Shown: piece by piece, positions 9,901 to 18,237 of the stretch
Layout: each line of letters opens with the position of its first letter
How positions within the stretch are numbered: the stretch's first letter is position 1
Origin: Chlamydiota bacterium
GTDB lineage: Bacteria > Chlamydiota > Chlamydiia > Chlamydiales > JABDDJ01
Direction: 5' to 3'
NCBI GenBank assembly: GCA_013287645.1
Contig: JABDDJ010000006.1
Location: 1,441 to 65,440 of the forward strand
DNA length: 64,000 nt
Notes under the pieces: model-generated
The model's input: only the letters and a program-made list of their open reading frames with translations
Told to the model about the DNA's origin: nothing
Databases searched by the model: none
Position numbers and translations under genes: made by a program

Positions 9901-12265
9901 CATTTTTCCAAAACAGAAGAGTATGAAGAGGGATTTCTTTTTGTTGGTTGAAGCTATATTGAGCATAGGAACCCGCTGGAGTGAGTTTTTTTTGAGGATT
10001 CTTGTATAGATCGCTCAACTCTTGCATAAATAAAGCGATAGATTGTTCATCACAAATAATATGATGAAACATGACATCAAGTCTCCACTGTTGAGAAAGT
10101 TCTTGTGTCAATTTATAAAAATACAATTCATTTTTTGTTTGAATAAAATTGTTATGAATTAGAGTAAAAGGTGATTTTAGAGCATCATAACGGTTTTTTA
10201 AAGAGTCAAAGCAACTTTTAAGTCTTTCTATATCGAGATCGCCATGAATACTATAAGAGAGTTCAATATGATATATGGTAGGTTGAGTTGCCACTTGCAT
10301 GCCATACCAAATAGCCAGTTGTTCTCCTGTTGCTGGAATGTCTTTAATATCCTTATTGTTTTCGGGCAAGCTAACAGCGTAGGGGAGTTGTTGAATTAAT
10401 ATGGCCAGATTTTTAGCTGTCGGAGTATCAAAAATATGAATAATATCAACGGATTTATTAGTTGCTTCTTCAAGACGAGAAGCTAAGACAGCTGCATCAA
10501 ATGAATCCCCTCCTAAAGAAGCAAAGAAGTGATCATTTACATCAATATTCTCAATATTTAATACATCAGAGATGCACTTTACAATGGTACTTTCTAGAGT
10601 ATTTAAAGACTTGTCTAATTGAATATCGCCACTGTCTTTTCTAATCCTTTTTTGAAGCTCCTCAGCTGTCTTAAGTGTCGTTGTGAGTTTCACAAAATTT
10701 GATCTATCGACTAATGTTGATTTAGCTGGCTTTATGTCTGATACCAGCGATTCACTAGAAACTGCCTTATCTGGCTCAAAAATGATCTTTATTAACTGTT
10801 TTGACTCAAAGAAATATCCATTTTCATCGGTTGTTAGTGGCTTTAATGATTCCAAAAATATTTTGACGGGTGTATTGCGCTTTGTCTGACAAAAATTTAC
10901 AACAACCAACTTACGGTGTGCTATTTGTCCAATGAAAGACATCATTTGATGCTCAATACCTCTACCTAATACCCGGCAACTTAGTAAAAAAGTATCTAGA
11001 ATTAGGTCATCTTCTCTGTGTTTGATAAAAATGGCCCCAACTAGTCCATAATCACCAAAACGATCCTCTGCATAAATAACGTAAATGGATTGCCTTTGTA
11101 CTTTGAGAAATTCCCGAATTTGTTGGGCTTTTCTACGGCGATTGGAAGCATTAAATTGGTTTGTGCGTTGCGTGAGCTGCGCAACTCGTTCTATTTCATC
11201 GGCATCAATTAATTTTATCTTCGTGTTTAAATGAAGTGAATTAATGAAATCACTTAATGACTTGGAAGAACTCTTTAATTCTTCTCTCTCAAGATGTTTT
11301 TTATACATATTAGTTCTTTGAGCATCTTTTAGAGTCATTTTATGGTAAATCGGTATATCCCAAACATGATGAAAAATAGACGGATCAAACTGTACAACGA
11401 CAACATCTGAAATCGACGCAGAAACAGTAGCGCATTCAATGGGATTATCATCAAAAAATAGCACAGAGTCTGGTCCAATATTCAACTTGTTTATTAAATG
11501 AACTAGATTTTCGCCTTTGCTATTCCAATTAATGTGCCATGCTGTTACAAAATCCTTTTTAAGTATCATGTCCGTATGGTTTTCAAATACTGCAACAACG
11601 TCTTCAAGCTCGTTTTTGCTGAACAATGCAATGGCAATTCCTCTTTGATAAAGATTTACAAGCCACTGTTGAAATTCGCTATGAATGACTATTGGTTCTT
11701 CAGCAACAATACCCTTCCATAAGGTGTTGTCACAATCCACACCGATCAATTTTATCAAAGGGAATTGCATGGAATAAATTATTCTAGCGATCAATGTACC
11801 CAGAACAGCATATCCGGAAAGTGTATAAGGGATATGAGCTGATTTTTCCGTTCTAACATCAAAATAATTAGATACTTGATACTTATCTAACCATTCATGT
11901 AGTTCTATGTAATAAGCGCCAGAGATAGAATCTATCTCTTTTTTGAGATGATCGCCCCACAGGCTTGGAGTTCGTTCTGGACAATGAATAACAAAGATAC
12001 TGGCAGAAATGGTTTTACATATATTACGAAGGTGCTGAACAAAAAAATAAAAATTTTCCTCGTATGAAGAAAATTGCAAATCCTTGTCTCTAATTACGAT
12101 AAAAATGGCGTCATTGTCAGCGCTACTGTTTAAAAGAGTTTGAAATATTTGATTATAAGGGGCAAATTTGATTTCGCATGTCAAAGGTATTTCTTGTACC
12201 CAGAAATCTAAGAATTCACGTAATGGTTCAATGATAAATGAACCTGAGATCAAATATTTACGCAT
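6941..12265 (-). CDS. hybrid nonribosomal peptide synthetase: FkbH-like loading domain - ACP - C - A - PCP - TE
   Basis: 1774 aa. Motifs in order: IGVDCDNTLW (HAD DxDxT, FkbH-type) and LLSCRVLGRGIE; LGGDSF (carrier 1); FHHIICDE (C domain); YTSGSTGRPKGV, FDMHISEW, NGYGPTE, YRTGD and NGKLDRK (A domain); MGGDSLQS (carrier 2); GWSFGG (thioesterase). Confidence 0.9.
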   Translation of the reverse strand: MRKYLISGSFIIEPLREFLDFWVQEIPLTCEIKFAPYNQIFQTLLNSSADNDAIFIVIRDKDLQFSSYEENFYFFVQHLRNICKTISASIFVIHCPERTPSLWGDHLKKEIDSISGAYYIELHEWLDKYQVSNYFDVRTEKSAHIPYTLSGYAVLGTLIARIIYSMQFPLIKLIGVDCDNTLWKGIVAEEPIVIHSEFQQWLVNLYQRGIAIALFSKNELEDVVAVFENHTDMILKKDFVTAWHINWNSKGENLVHLINKLNIGPDSVLFFDDNPIECATVSASISDVVVVQFDPSIFHHVWDIPIYHKMTLKDAQRTNMYKKHLEREELKSSSKSLSDFINSLHLNTKIKLIDADEIERVAQLTQRTNQFNASNRRRKAQQIREFLKVQRQSIYVIYAEDRFGDYGLVGAIFIKHREDDLILDTFLLSCRVLGRGIEHQMMSFIGQIAHRKLVVVNFCQTKRNTPVKIFLESLKPLTTDENGYFFESKQLIKIIFEPDKAVSSESLVSDIKPAKSTLVDRSNFVKLTTTLKTAEELQKRIRKDSGDIQLDKSLNTLESTIVKCISDVLNIENIDVNDHFFASLGGDSFDAAVLASRLEEATNKSVDIIHIFDTPTAKNLAILIQQLPYAVSLPENNKDIKDIPATGEQLAIWYGMQVATQPTIYHIELSYSIHGDLDIERLKSCFDSLKNRYDALKSPFTLIHNNFIQTKNELYFYKLTQELSQQWRLDVMFHHIICDEQSIALFMQELSDLYKNPQKKLTPAGSYAQYSFNQQKEIPLHTLLFWKNELPQTTPSLTPNRDAGHYSIPISPHIREKIQDLSKKFETTPFALLLSVFSLSYKLFSQEDRFLIGIPFSTRKAEKTFGLFVNLLPMKFSFQNESRFTHLLKVCKEKLAEMFYHRLTPFFQIQEALGTRIHLNVIFSWNRRIDQTPQINGTEVQRLEKPSPFTEFDLSFVIEEEENRYRISIQYASGIYESWRINTLANKFMDILEKILVQPELLIKDLGSSLNQTESNFALGEQPTLVEMIEGIDPNLIAIENENLSLTYRALNEKVNQLAHYFIRKGMSPGKGSVVCFENPVSQIIATLAVLKTGGYFIPLDSRDPIEHRKSIIEDVKPFLIIDHITFDKLDSLPSTNPEVRISPNDIAYVIYTSGSTGRPKGVIIEHEGISHRAIHAKQMFHISSTTKMLSHISPAFDMHISEWAFSLANGATLCPYKGGINRLWNFMNVMQVSHAQFTPGVLNLLPKVPLDHLKFLLIGGEATPQSLIEYWSKQVKLLLNGYGPTECTIFTHLHAFNTNQSARIIGRPISGIECSVIDDQGNPVQEGGIGELHLKGIGVARGYIRGESFSNCQYRTGDFVRVLPDGMLEYVGRKNDFVKVNGSRVDIHLVESKIMSAPNIPEAAVGYVSVNNNRSALACYYAGSVDNWKIIRHFLRKQLPSYMVPTQYIHLEKLPRLSNGKLDRKSLHSIKTRDHKNCSISLNITETKLQEIWEKLLGECPKDRTNDFFQMGGDSLQSVQLIIEIEKAWGIEVTMSELQEHSTISELAQFMESHQANPKRQTVIPIQTTGNRFPIFMIHPSVGLAECYRPLAECLPDHPIYGIQNPFITQKTTSFSSLSEMAIYYSQEIRKIQSKTPCIIGGWSFGGIVALEVAKILKETGELIDRVIMLDSYAPDAPVTDLPVLIYSEDLQAESQHNYKLLKNHQSSYYDGMVHLVRAGDSVMPDNGWDFLPNLSISKIPMAHHEMFEHQHISTIAKAIQLSLASSKSFRMS

Positions 12266-12368
12266 TATTTATTTACCTTTTTTTCAGCAAATTTGGAGCA
12301 TTTGTAAATGAGCATTCAAATGAAAAAAAATTGATTCGTTTATGATGCTCTCATCCACCACCTGCGCT

Positions 12369-12401
12369 AAAAACACAAAAGGCAATCTCATCGAGATTGC
12401 C
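12369..12401 (-). terminator. intrinsic terminator downstream of the truncated tRNA-Pro copy
   Basis: Hairpin ggcaatctc-atc-gagattgcc at 12381-12401. On the minus strand it is followed by TTTTGTGTTTTT. Confidence 0.5.
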
Positions 12402-12424
12402 TGTAAGTCCTTGAGAGAAAAGAA

Positions 12425-12472
12425 TCTGGGTGAGAGGATTTGAACCTCCGACCCCTTGCACCCCATGCAAGT
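12425..12472 (-). repeat. attR-like direct repeat: 48-nt copy of the 3' part of tRNA-Pro
   Basis: Identical to 21034-21081, covering the discriminator base, acceptor 3' strand, T arm, variable loop and the whole anticodon stem-loop. The tRNA 5' part is absent. Confidence 0.85.
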
Positions 12473-12610
12473 TTTTTCATGTTTTTAACCATATCATCCT
12501 GTCTCATTCAATGCTATCAAAATCGCATTCATGATGCTATTTCAGATTGATTTTTATCATATCTTTGTCTTATTTTGTAACTTTAAATATTGGCACTTAT
12601 TAGGTGGTCT

Positions 12611-12632
12611 CATCCGCCACATATCCGCCACA
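12611..12632 (+). repeat. candidate integrase arm-type site (tandem ATCCGCCACA x2)
   Basis: catccgccacatatccgccaca, identical to 20949-20970. It lies ~140 bp inside the element from attR, upstream of dinD-int. A degenerate single copy (tcatccaccacc) is at 12351-12362. Confidence 0.5.
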
Positions 12633-12676
12633 TGAAAATAAGGAAAAATCACTTCCATACTACAGGAGATTAAACA

Positions 12677-13567
12677 ATGAATAAAGATTTAGTTGAGAAC
12701 ACTCATCATCAAACTTTCGAATCACTTAGACAAGAAGAAGATGAGTGTGAATTTTGGAGTGCACGTAAATTAGCAAAGGTATTGGAATACAATGACTACC
12801 GTAATTTTCTTAATGTCATAGAAAAAGCTAAAGAAGCTTGCAAAAATAGCGGACACAATATTGTCGATCATTTCGTTGATGTCACCGATATGATCGACAT
12901 TGGCAAGGGAGGGCTGCGACAAGCTGCTGACGTAAGATTGTCTCGTTATGCCTGCTATCTGGTCGTACAAAATGGTGATCCAGCGAAGCCTGTTATTGCC
13001 AACGGACAGACTTATTTTGCAATTCAAACCCGCCGACAAGAGCTAGCCGATAACCGAAATTTTCAACAGCTAAAGGAAGAAGAGAAACGTGTTTATCTTC
13101 GAAAAGATCTTCGAGAACACAATAAACAGTTAGTCGAAACAGCTCAGCAATCTGGTGTAGAAACAACCCTTGATTTTGCCATATTCCAAAACCATGGTTA
13201 TAAGGGTCTCTATGGAGGTCTCGATGCAAAGGATATCCATGTACGCAAGGGACTGAAAAAGAATCAGAAGATTTTAGATCATATGGGAAGTACCGAACTT
13301 GCTGCGAATCTTTTTAGAGCCACTCAAGCGGAAGATAAGCTTCGTCGAGAGAACATCAAAGGGAAAAACAAAGCAAATCAAACTCACTATGAGGTAGGAA
13401 CGATAGTACGTCAAACTATTGAGAGGTTAGGAGGTACTATGCCCGAAGACTTGCCTGTTGCAGAAAAGAGTATCAGACAACTGGAAAAAGAAAGGAATCA
13501 AAAATCCATAGAAGTCGGCACGAATTCCTATGACATCCAAAACATTAGCTTGGATCAAGAAAATTAA
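12677..13567 (+). CDS. dinD: DNA-damage-inducible protein D (DinD family)
   Basis: 296 aa. Long blocks that I recognise from E. coli DinD: LSRYACYLVVQNGDPAKPVIANGQTYFAIQTRRQELAD, FAIFQNHGYKGLYGGLD and KKNQKILDHMGSTELAANLFRATQ. Confidence 0.85.
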   Translation: MNKDLVENTHHQTFESLRQEEDECEFWSARKLAKVLEYNDYRNFLNVIEKAKEACKNSGHNIVDHFVDVTDMIDIGKGGLRQAADVRLSRYACYLVVQNGDPAKPVIANGQTYFAIQTRRQELADNRNFQQLKEEEKRVYLRKDLREHNKQLVETAQQSGVETTLDFAIFQNHGYKGLYGGLDAKDIHVRKGLKKNQKILDHMGSTELAANLFRATQAEDKLRRENIKGKNKANQTHYEVGTIVRQTIERLGGTMPEDLPVAEKSIRQLEKERNQKSIEVGTNSYDIQNISLDQEN

Positions 13568-13585
13568 ATTACTTAATGGAAGTCG

Positions 13586-14881
13586 ATGGAAAAAATTCCC
13601 CGCTCAACTGCTGATGAGTTTTGTCAAAAGCTCAAGCCACAGGAAAAACCTATTTACATTCGAGACTCTCAAGTTAAAGGCTTAGTCCTTCGTGTCATGC
13701 CGACAGGCTCTAAATCTTGGATCTTTTGCTATTCCGTAAAAGAGGGAGACAAATGGCGAGAGCGAAGAAACGGTCTTGGTCCTTTTAGGCAAGGACGCAA
13801 TGATGCTGGCGGCTTGACTGTTTCTGCTGCACGACGTTTAGCTGAACGGATCAAAAATGAAGTGAAGCATGAAGGTGCTGACCCTATTGAAGAAAGAAAA
13901 AAGAGAGCTGTCAACAGAGCAAATGAGAAAGCTCTTACAGTTCTTGTGAAGGATCTTTTTGAACGTTGGGCAATCACCGATTTAATTAATCGCAAAGATA
14001 AAGGCACAGAAGCCCGTCGCATGATGGAAAAGGATGTTCTGCCATTCATTGGTGAATTAGATATAAGAGATGTGCGTAAGCTTCATGTGGCAGAGATAAC
14101 AGATCGTCTACTCCAACGAAATGTTAAGCGCATGGCAAAGGTTGTCTTTAGCCTTATTCGTCAGATGTTTAGATTTGCCGTTACGCGCGATCTTTTGGAA
14201 TCAGATCCCACCGCTATGGTCAGCAAGAAAAATATTGGAGGAGCCAACATTGAACGCGAGCGAGTATTGAGTGAAGAGGAAATTGGAGAGTTAGCTAGAA
14301 AGTTACCTCTCTCTCAAATGACAGAAATGAACGGACTAGCTATCTGGATTACCCTGGCTACTGGCTGTCGCATCGGCGAGTTATTAAAAGCTCGTTGGTA
14401 TCATATTTCTTTTGAACGTAACACTTGGATAATTCCTGCAGAGAACAGCAAAAATCAGAGAGAACACATTGTTCATCTATCACCTTTTGCTCTTCGCCAT
14501 TTTTTGAAATTGCATGAGCTCTCAGGAGAGGGAGAATGGTGTTATCCCAGTCGAGTTAATGGACATATCTGTCCGAAAACAATCACAAAACAAATAACAG
14601 ATCGCCAAAGGACTGTTGCGAATTTAAAAAATCGAAGCAAAAATACAAATGCTCTTACCTTGTCCAAAGGGGTATGGAAACCCCATGATCTGCGAAGAAC
14701 TGCTGCAACTTTGATGAATGCCCTGGGTGTATTACCTGAAGTTGCAGAGCGCTGCTTAAATCATCTTGAAGAAAACAGATTAAAACGCATCTATCAGCGA
14801 TATGGCTATGAAGTTGAAATGAAACAAGCCTGGGAAGCTTTAGGACATCACTTAGATCAGCTAATAACAAAGGGTCAATAG
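13586..14881 (+). CDS. int: tyrosine recombinase / phage P4-type integrase
   Basis: 431 aa. N-terminal arm-binding (DUF4102-like) segment IRDSQVKGLVLRVMPTGSKSWIF. Catalytic-domain residues appear in ATGCRIGELL, HDLRRTAAT and LNH...Y. Confidence 0.92.
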   Translation: MEKIPRSTADEFCQKLKPQEKPIYIRDSQVKGLVLRVMPTGSKSWIFCYSVKEGDKWRERRNGLGPFRQGRNDAGGLTVSAARRLAERIKNEVKHEGADPIEERKKRAVNRANEKALTVLVKDLFERWAITDLINRKDKGTEARRMMEKDVLPFIGELDIRDVRKLHVAEITDRLLQRNVKRMAKVVFSLIRQMFRFAVTRDLLESDPTAMVSKKNIGGANIERERVLSEEEIGELARKLPLSQMTEMNGLAIWITLATGCRIGELLKARWYHISFERNTWIIPAENSKNQREHIVHLSPFALRHFLKLHELSGEGEWCYPSRVNGHICPKTITKQITDRQRTVANLKNRSKNTNALTLSKGVWKPHDLRRTAATLMNALGVLPEVAERCLNHLEENRLKRIYQRYGYEVEMKQAWEALGHHLDQLITKGQ

Positions 14882-14883
14882 AT

Positions 14884-15483
14884 ATGACACAATCTTTCAA
14901 AGCATTGACAATCCCCGATCATTTGGAATTTATAGAAAAACATCCTATTGGAAAAGGGGTTCATGAGTTAACAGGATTAAGCATTGATAAAATTTTAGGT
15001 GAATGCACGTTAGAAATACCTGAAGAGTATTCTCCTGGCGTAGGTTGGCTTGTAAGCTGGCCTTATGAAAAACTGAATATTCATTCTTCCCATATTCATG
15101 CCATTCAGATTCTTCTCAAGCTCATGTGGCTCTATTCATGCAAGGAGTCGACTGATAGCCCTTTAAAAACATTTGTGTCTCAAGAATTAGCCATGTTTGA
15201 AGCTGGCATGAAACTAGAGGCAAGTCGACGCCAAAGAATTGAGGCAGCTAAAAAAGAACGTCCATGGCCTGCTCTTGCTAAATGGATTAAGAGAAAATTC
15301 AAAACTAAAGCTGGATGGATAAACAAGGAATTGTGGAACGCTTTACCTGATAGTTACGAAGATGAGGCTGTTTATCGTGATGGAGATAAATTATGCTGTT
15401 CAAAAGGCTCTCATGCCTCAATAGGTTTTCGCGCATTCTGTGACCATGTTCGAAAGCATCGCGAAAAAAATAAATGCAGATAG
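14884..15483 (+). CDS. hypothetical island protein
   Basis: 199-aa ORF starting 3 nt after int. No motif recognised. Confidence 0.5.
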   Translation: MTQSFKALTIPDHLEFIEKHPIGKGVHELTGLSIDKILGECTLEIPEEYSPGVGWLVSWPYEKLNIHSSHIHAIQILLKLMWLYSCKESTDSPLKTFVSQELAMFEAGMKLEASRRQRIEAAKKERPWPALAKWIKRKFKTKAGWINKELWNALPDSYEDEAVYRDGDKLCCSKGSHASIGFRAFCDHVRKHREKNKCR

Positions 15484-15544
15484 CGGCGTTAGCTGCATCT
15501 GCATATGAGATAATAAATCACATAGTAACATTAAACGAGGCTAT

Positions 15545-15736
15545 GTGATGAAAAATTTAACACCTTTTTTGCGAGATACAGAAGTTGCTAATCGATATTC
15601 CGTTAGTCGACCAACCATATGGCGGTGGGTAAAAGAGGGTCGATTTCCAAAACCAATAAAATTAGGAATTGGTTCGACGCGCTGGCGCTATTCCGATCTG
15701 GAAGCATGGGAGCAATCCCAGATTCAAGAGGGCTAG
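15545..15736 (+). CDS. alpA: AlpA-family helix-turn-helix regulator/excisionase
   Basis: 63 aa. YSVSRPTIWRWVKEGRFPKPIKLGIGSTRWRYSDLEAWE matches the AlpA/prophage CP4-57 regulatory pattern. Confidence 0.8.
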   Translation: MMKNLTPFLRDTEVANRYSVSRPTIWRWVKEGRFPKPIKLGIGSTRWRYSDLEAWEQSQIQEG

Positions 15737-15789
15737 CATGAAACAACAACTTTTTGCATTAGCCTATTTTCCCGATAAGAGGGAAAATT

Positions 15790-16692
15790 ATGCATAAAAT
15801 TCCTTATGTTTTCCGAGCAATTCCAGATGAATTTTTGACAGAAGATTTTTTAAGCGATCCTATTATGATACGCTTGATCGCTTGGATGATGAAACGCATT
15901 TATACTTATCCTCATAAGATTGCCTTGAAAAGATCCGCTAAACATCTGCTTCTTGAGCCTTTCGAATTCATATATGGAAGAGATAAATGCGCAAAGGATG
16001 CAAATATTTCTCCAAATAATGCACGAACAAGACTAAAACAGCTTATGGGCCTTGGTTATATAGAAGAAGTTGTTGCCAAAAGCACCAGCACTTTTTCAGT
16101 TTATAGACTAGTGACAACAGCTTTCAAGCAAAATTTTAGCCAGCAACCCAACCAGCATTCTGACCAACAGGAAGATCAGCTAGTCCACCACAAACGAAAA
16201 ACAGAGATTAAAAAAGATAAAAATATAAAAGAGGCGCTTAATGTTTCTTCAAAACACGCCGATAAATCGCCCCTTTCTGATAATCAGAAAGAAAAACTTT
16301 ATGCCTTGCTAGCTTACTCTGAAAACAAGAAATTAAAAATTTATGAGCCATCTTTAACTAGATGGTTGAAAATTTATGAAATTGATCGCATTACGGGGAA
16401 TTTACATCTATTAGAAGAGCAAATGCACAAAGTGATTAACCATGAAGCATGGCTAGAAACGGCATTAAAAGAAAATTATGCCTCGCAGAAAAACAACATC
16501 CAAAAGAATCGAGAGTTTGCAAAACAATTTAAGGAAAAGAATCAATGGGTTGACTTGCATCTTACTGAAAATTATTGTACCCATCTTCCTTCAGATAAAG
16601 ATTATCAATATTTTCTCATTCCTACAAGTTTTCAAAAGATGCTTAAAGACTGTTTTGATCAATATAATGAGATTGATAATTTAGGAGGATAG
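15790..16692 (+). CDS. hypothetical island protein (possibly replication/DNA-binding)
   Basis: 300-aa ORF in the position usually occupied by replication genes in P4-like islands. The N-terminal half looks winged-helix-like, but there is no firm motif. Confidence 0.5.
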   Translation: MHKIPYVFRAIPDEFLTEDFLSDPIMIRLIAWMMKRIYTYPHKIALKRSAKHLLLEPFEFIYGRDKCAKDANISPNNARTRLKQLMGLGYIEEVVAKSTSTFSVYRLVTTAFKQNFSQQPNQHSDQQEDQLVHHKRKTEIKKDKNIKEALNVSSKHADKSPLSDNQKEKLYALLAYSENKKLKIYEPSLTRWLKIYEIDRITGNLHLLEEQMHKVINHEAWLETALKENYASQKNNIQKNREFAKQFKEKNQWVDLHLTENYCTHLPSDKDYQYFLIPTSFQKMLKDCFDQYNEIDNLGG

Positions 16693-17133
16693 ATGTCTGA
16701 AAATGCAGAAGAAATGCAGGTAACAGGGAAATTTCAGAAAGGAAGATCGGGTAACCCTAAAGGAAAAGCCAAAGGTACAAAAAATAGGGCAACTATATTT
16801 GCAGAAACATTGTTAAAAGATGAAGTAGAAAGCATCTGCCGACGTCTAATACAGGAGGCTTTAACTGGCAATATTCAAGCTATCAAAATGGTTCTTGATC
16901 GGATATTTCCTTCTAGGAGAGATTGTCCCATTACAATTGAACTTCCTAAAATTCAAAACTCTTCCCACGTCTTGCAGGCAATAGGTTCGATTACGGCAGC
17001 AGTAGGAAATGGGGAGATTTCTCCAAGTGAAGGAGAGGCTTTATCGAGAATTATCGATGTCCATGTGAAAGCAATTGAAGCTCATGATTGCGAAAAACGG
17101 CTCAGTAAACTTGAAGAGAGGAAAATTCAATGA
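16693..17133 (+). CDS. DUF5681-like island protein
   Basis: 146 aa with a basic N-terminal motif KGRSGNPKGKAKGTKN, typical of DUF5681 proteins in mobile elements. Confidence 0.55.
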   Translation: MSENAEEMQVTGKFQKGRSGNPKGKAKGTKNRATIFAETLLKDEVESICRRLIQEALTGNIQAIKMVLDRIFPSRRDCPITIELPKIQNSSHVLQAIGSITAAVGNGEISPSEGEALSRIIDVHVKAIEAHDCEKRLSKLEERKIQ

Positions 17134-17351
17134 AATCATCAATCAAAAAGCGATTAAAAATTTTAGAGAATAGCTTAAACATAGATCAGAAGCATAAATG
17201 TGCATTAGTAGTATGCGATCCTGAGATTCTGCATACATTTGATTTTTCATTTATTGAAGCTGAACATATGGTAATTTTGCCTGATAATGGCCGAAGATTA
17301 CCAGGAGATCAGACAATTGGAAAAGGTTCTTATTCTATTCATTATTCATAA
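17130..17351 (+). CDS. hypothetical small protein
   Basis: 73-aa ORF overlapping the upstream stop by 4 nt. Confidence 0.4.
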   Translation: MKSSIKKRLKILENSLNIDQKHKCALVVCDPEILHTFDFSFIEAEHMVILPDNGRRLPGDQTIGKGSYSIHYS

Positions 17352-17427
17352 ATATCTGACCTGTTGCGAAAAGAATTCCAAACCAACTGCTATTTTTGCA
17401 TAGCAGTTAGACTGTAAGATTTTTTCT

Positions 17428-18237
17428 CTAGTTTTGGCCTACGGAAATTGCCTTGCGCCCAGCTTCTTTCAAAGATTCCATTACAAGACAATAAGGATTT
17501 GGACCATAGCTAATCCGAGCGACTCCCAATCCCACAAGCTGTTTAACTGAAGGCATATCAGGAAGAATCATTGTATTGATTGGTATAGGAGAACATTTAC
17601 ATAATTGTTCAATGTAATTGACATTTCTTAGACCTGGAACAAAAAATCCATTTGCTCCAGATTCTGCATAGGCATGAACACGCCGTATAGCTTCTTCTAA
17701 GTGGCTTTCTTTAGGGTTCTCAGAAGCTGTTTTGAAAAAAACATCGGTTCGTGCATTGATGAAAATAGGAATTGAAGCACGCTCTGCAACTTGACGAATT
17801 GCTTTAATACGCTTGCATTGATCTTCAATCGAATATAAATTATCAGTACCGATGATCTGATCTTCGAAATTTATTCCAACGGCCCCCGCTTCAATGACTT
17901 TTTTAACAGTTTCTTTTACTTCAGATGGGGTTGTTCCATAGCCACCTTCTATATCAATTGTTACAGGAAGATCGACTTTTGCAACAATGCGTTTAAGATT
18001 TGCGAGCACCAAATCAATAGATAGCTTTTCACCGTCTTCATATCCATGTGCCGCTGCTACAGACCAGCTCCCTGTGGCTATTGCTTTGGCTCCGATTTCT
18101 TGCATAGCCTGTGCGCTCCCCGCATCCCAAATATTAAATAAGATAAGCGGATTACCTTTGATGTGAAGATTTTTTAATAAGTGAGCATGTTCTATTTGAT
18201 TTTTCATGAGATCTTCCTTTCGTGATTGATTAACCAT
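17428..18237 (-). CDS. isocitrate lyase / PEP mutase superfamily protein (short, 2-methylisocitrate-lyase-like)
   Basis: 269 aa with NIWDAGSA, DIEGGYG and INFEDQ blocks of the ICL/PEPM TIM-barrel family. Its start overlaps the ada stop by 34 nt. Confidence 0.8.
   Translation of the reverse strand: MVNQSRKEDLMKNQIEHAHLLKNLHIKGNPLILFNIWDAGSAQAMQEIGAKAIATGSWSVAAAHGYEDGEKLSIDLVLANLKRIVAKVDLPVTIDIEGGYGTTPSEVKETVKKVIEAGAVGINFEDQIIGTDNLYSIEDQCKRIKAIRQVAERASIPIFINARTDVFFKTASENPKESHLEEAIRRVHAYAESGANGFFVPGLRNVNYIEQLCKCSPIPINTMILPDMPSVKQLVGLGVARISYGPNPYCLVMESLKEAGRKAISVGQN

Noticed and set aside
12284-12466. A 60-aa ORF here and the 84-aa ORF at 20821-21075, both beginning MGCKGSEVQILSPRFF.
   Set aside because: They are translations running through the tRNA-Pro sequence and its truncated copy, which explains the identical N-termini. 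They are not genes.
17385-17408. An 8-bp hairpin (aactgcta-N8-tagcagtt) between the convergent island genes, possibly a terminator or a module boundary.
   Set aside because: The stem is short, the loop is large and there is no adjacent U-tract. The evidence is insufficient.
17428-18237. PEP mutase as the entry point of a phosphonate biosynthetic cluster on the island.
   Set aside because: The protein has INFEDQ rather than the EDK...NS signature of true PEP mutases. No phosphonopyruvate decarboxylase or other phosphonate genes are nearby. I therefore call it a generic ICL/PEPM-family enzyme.
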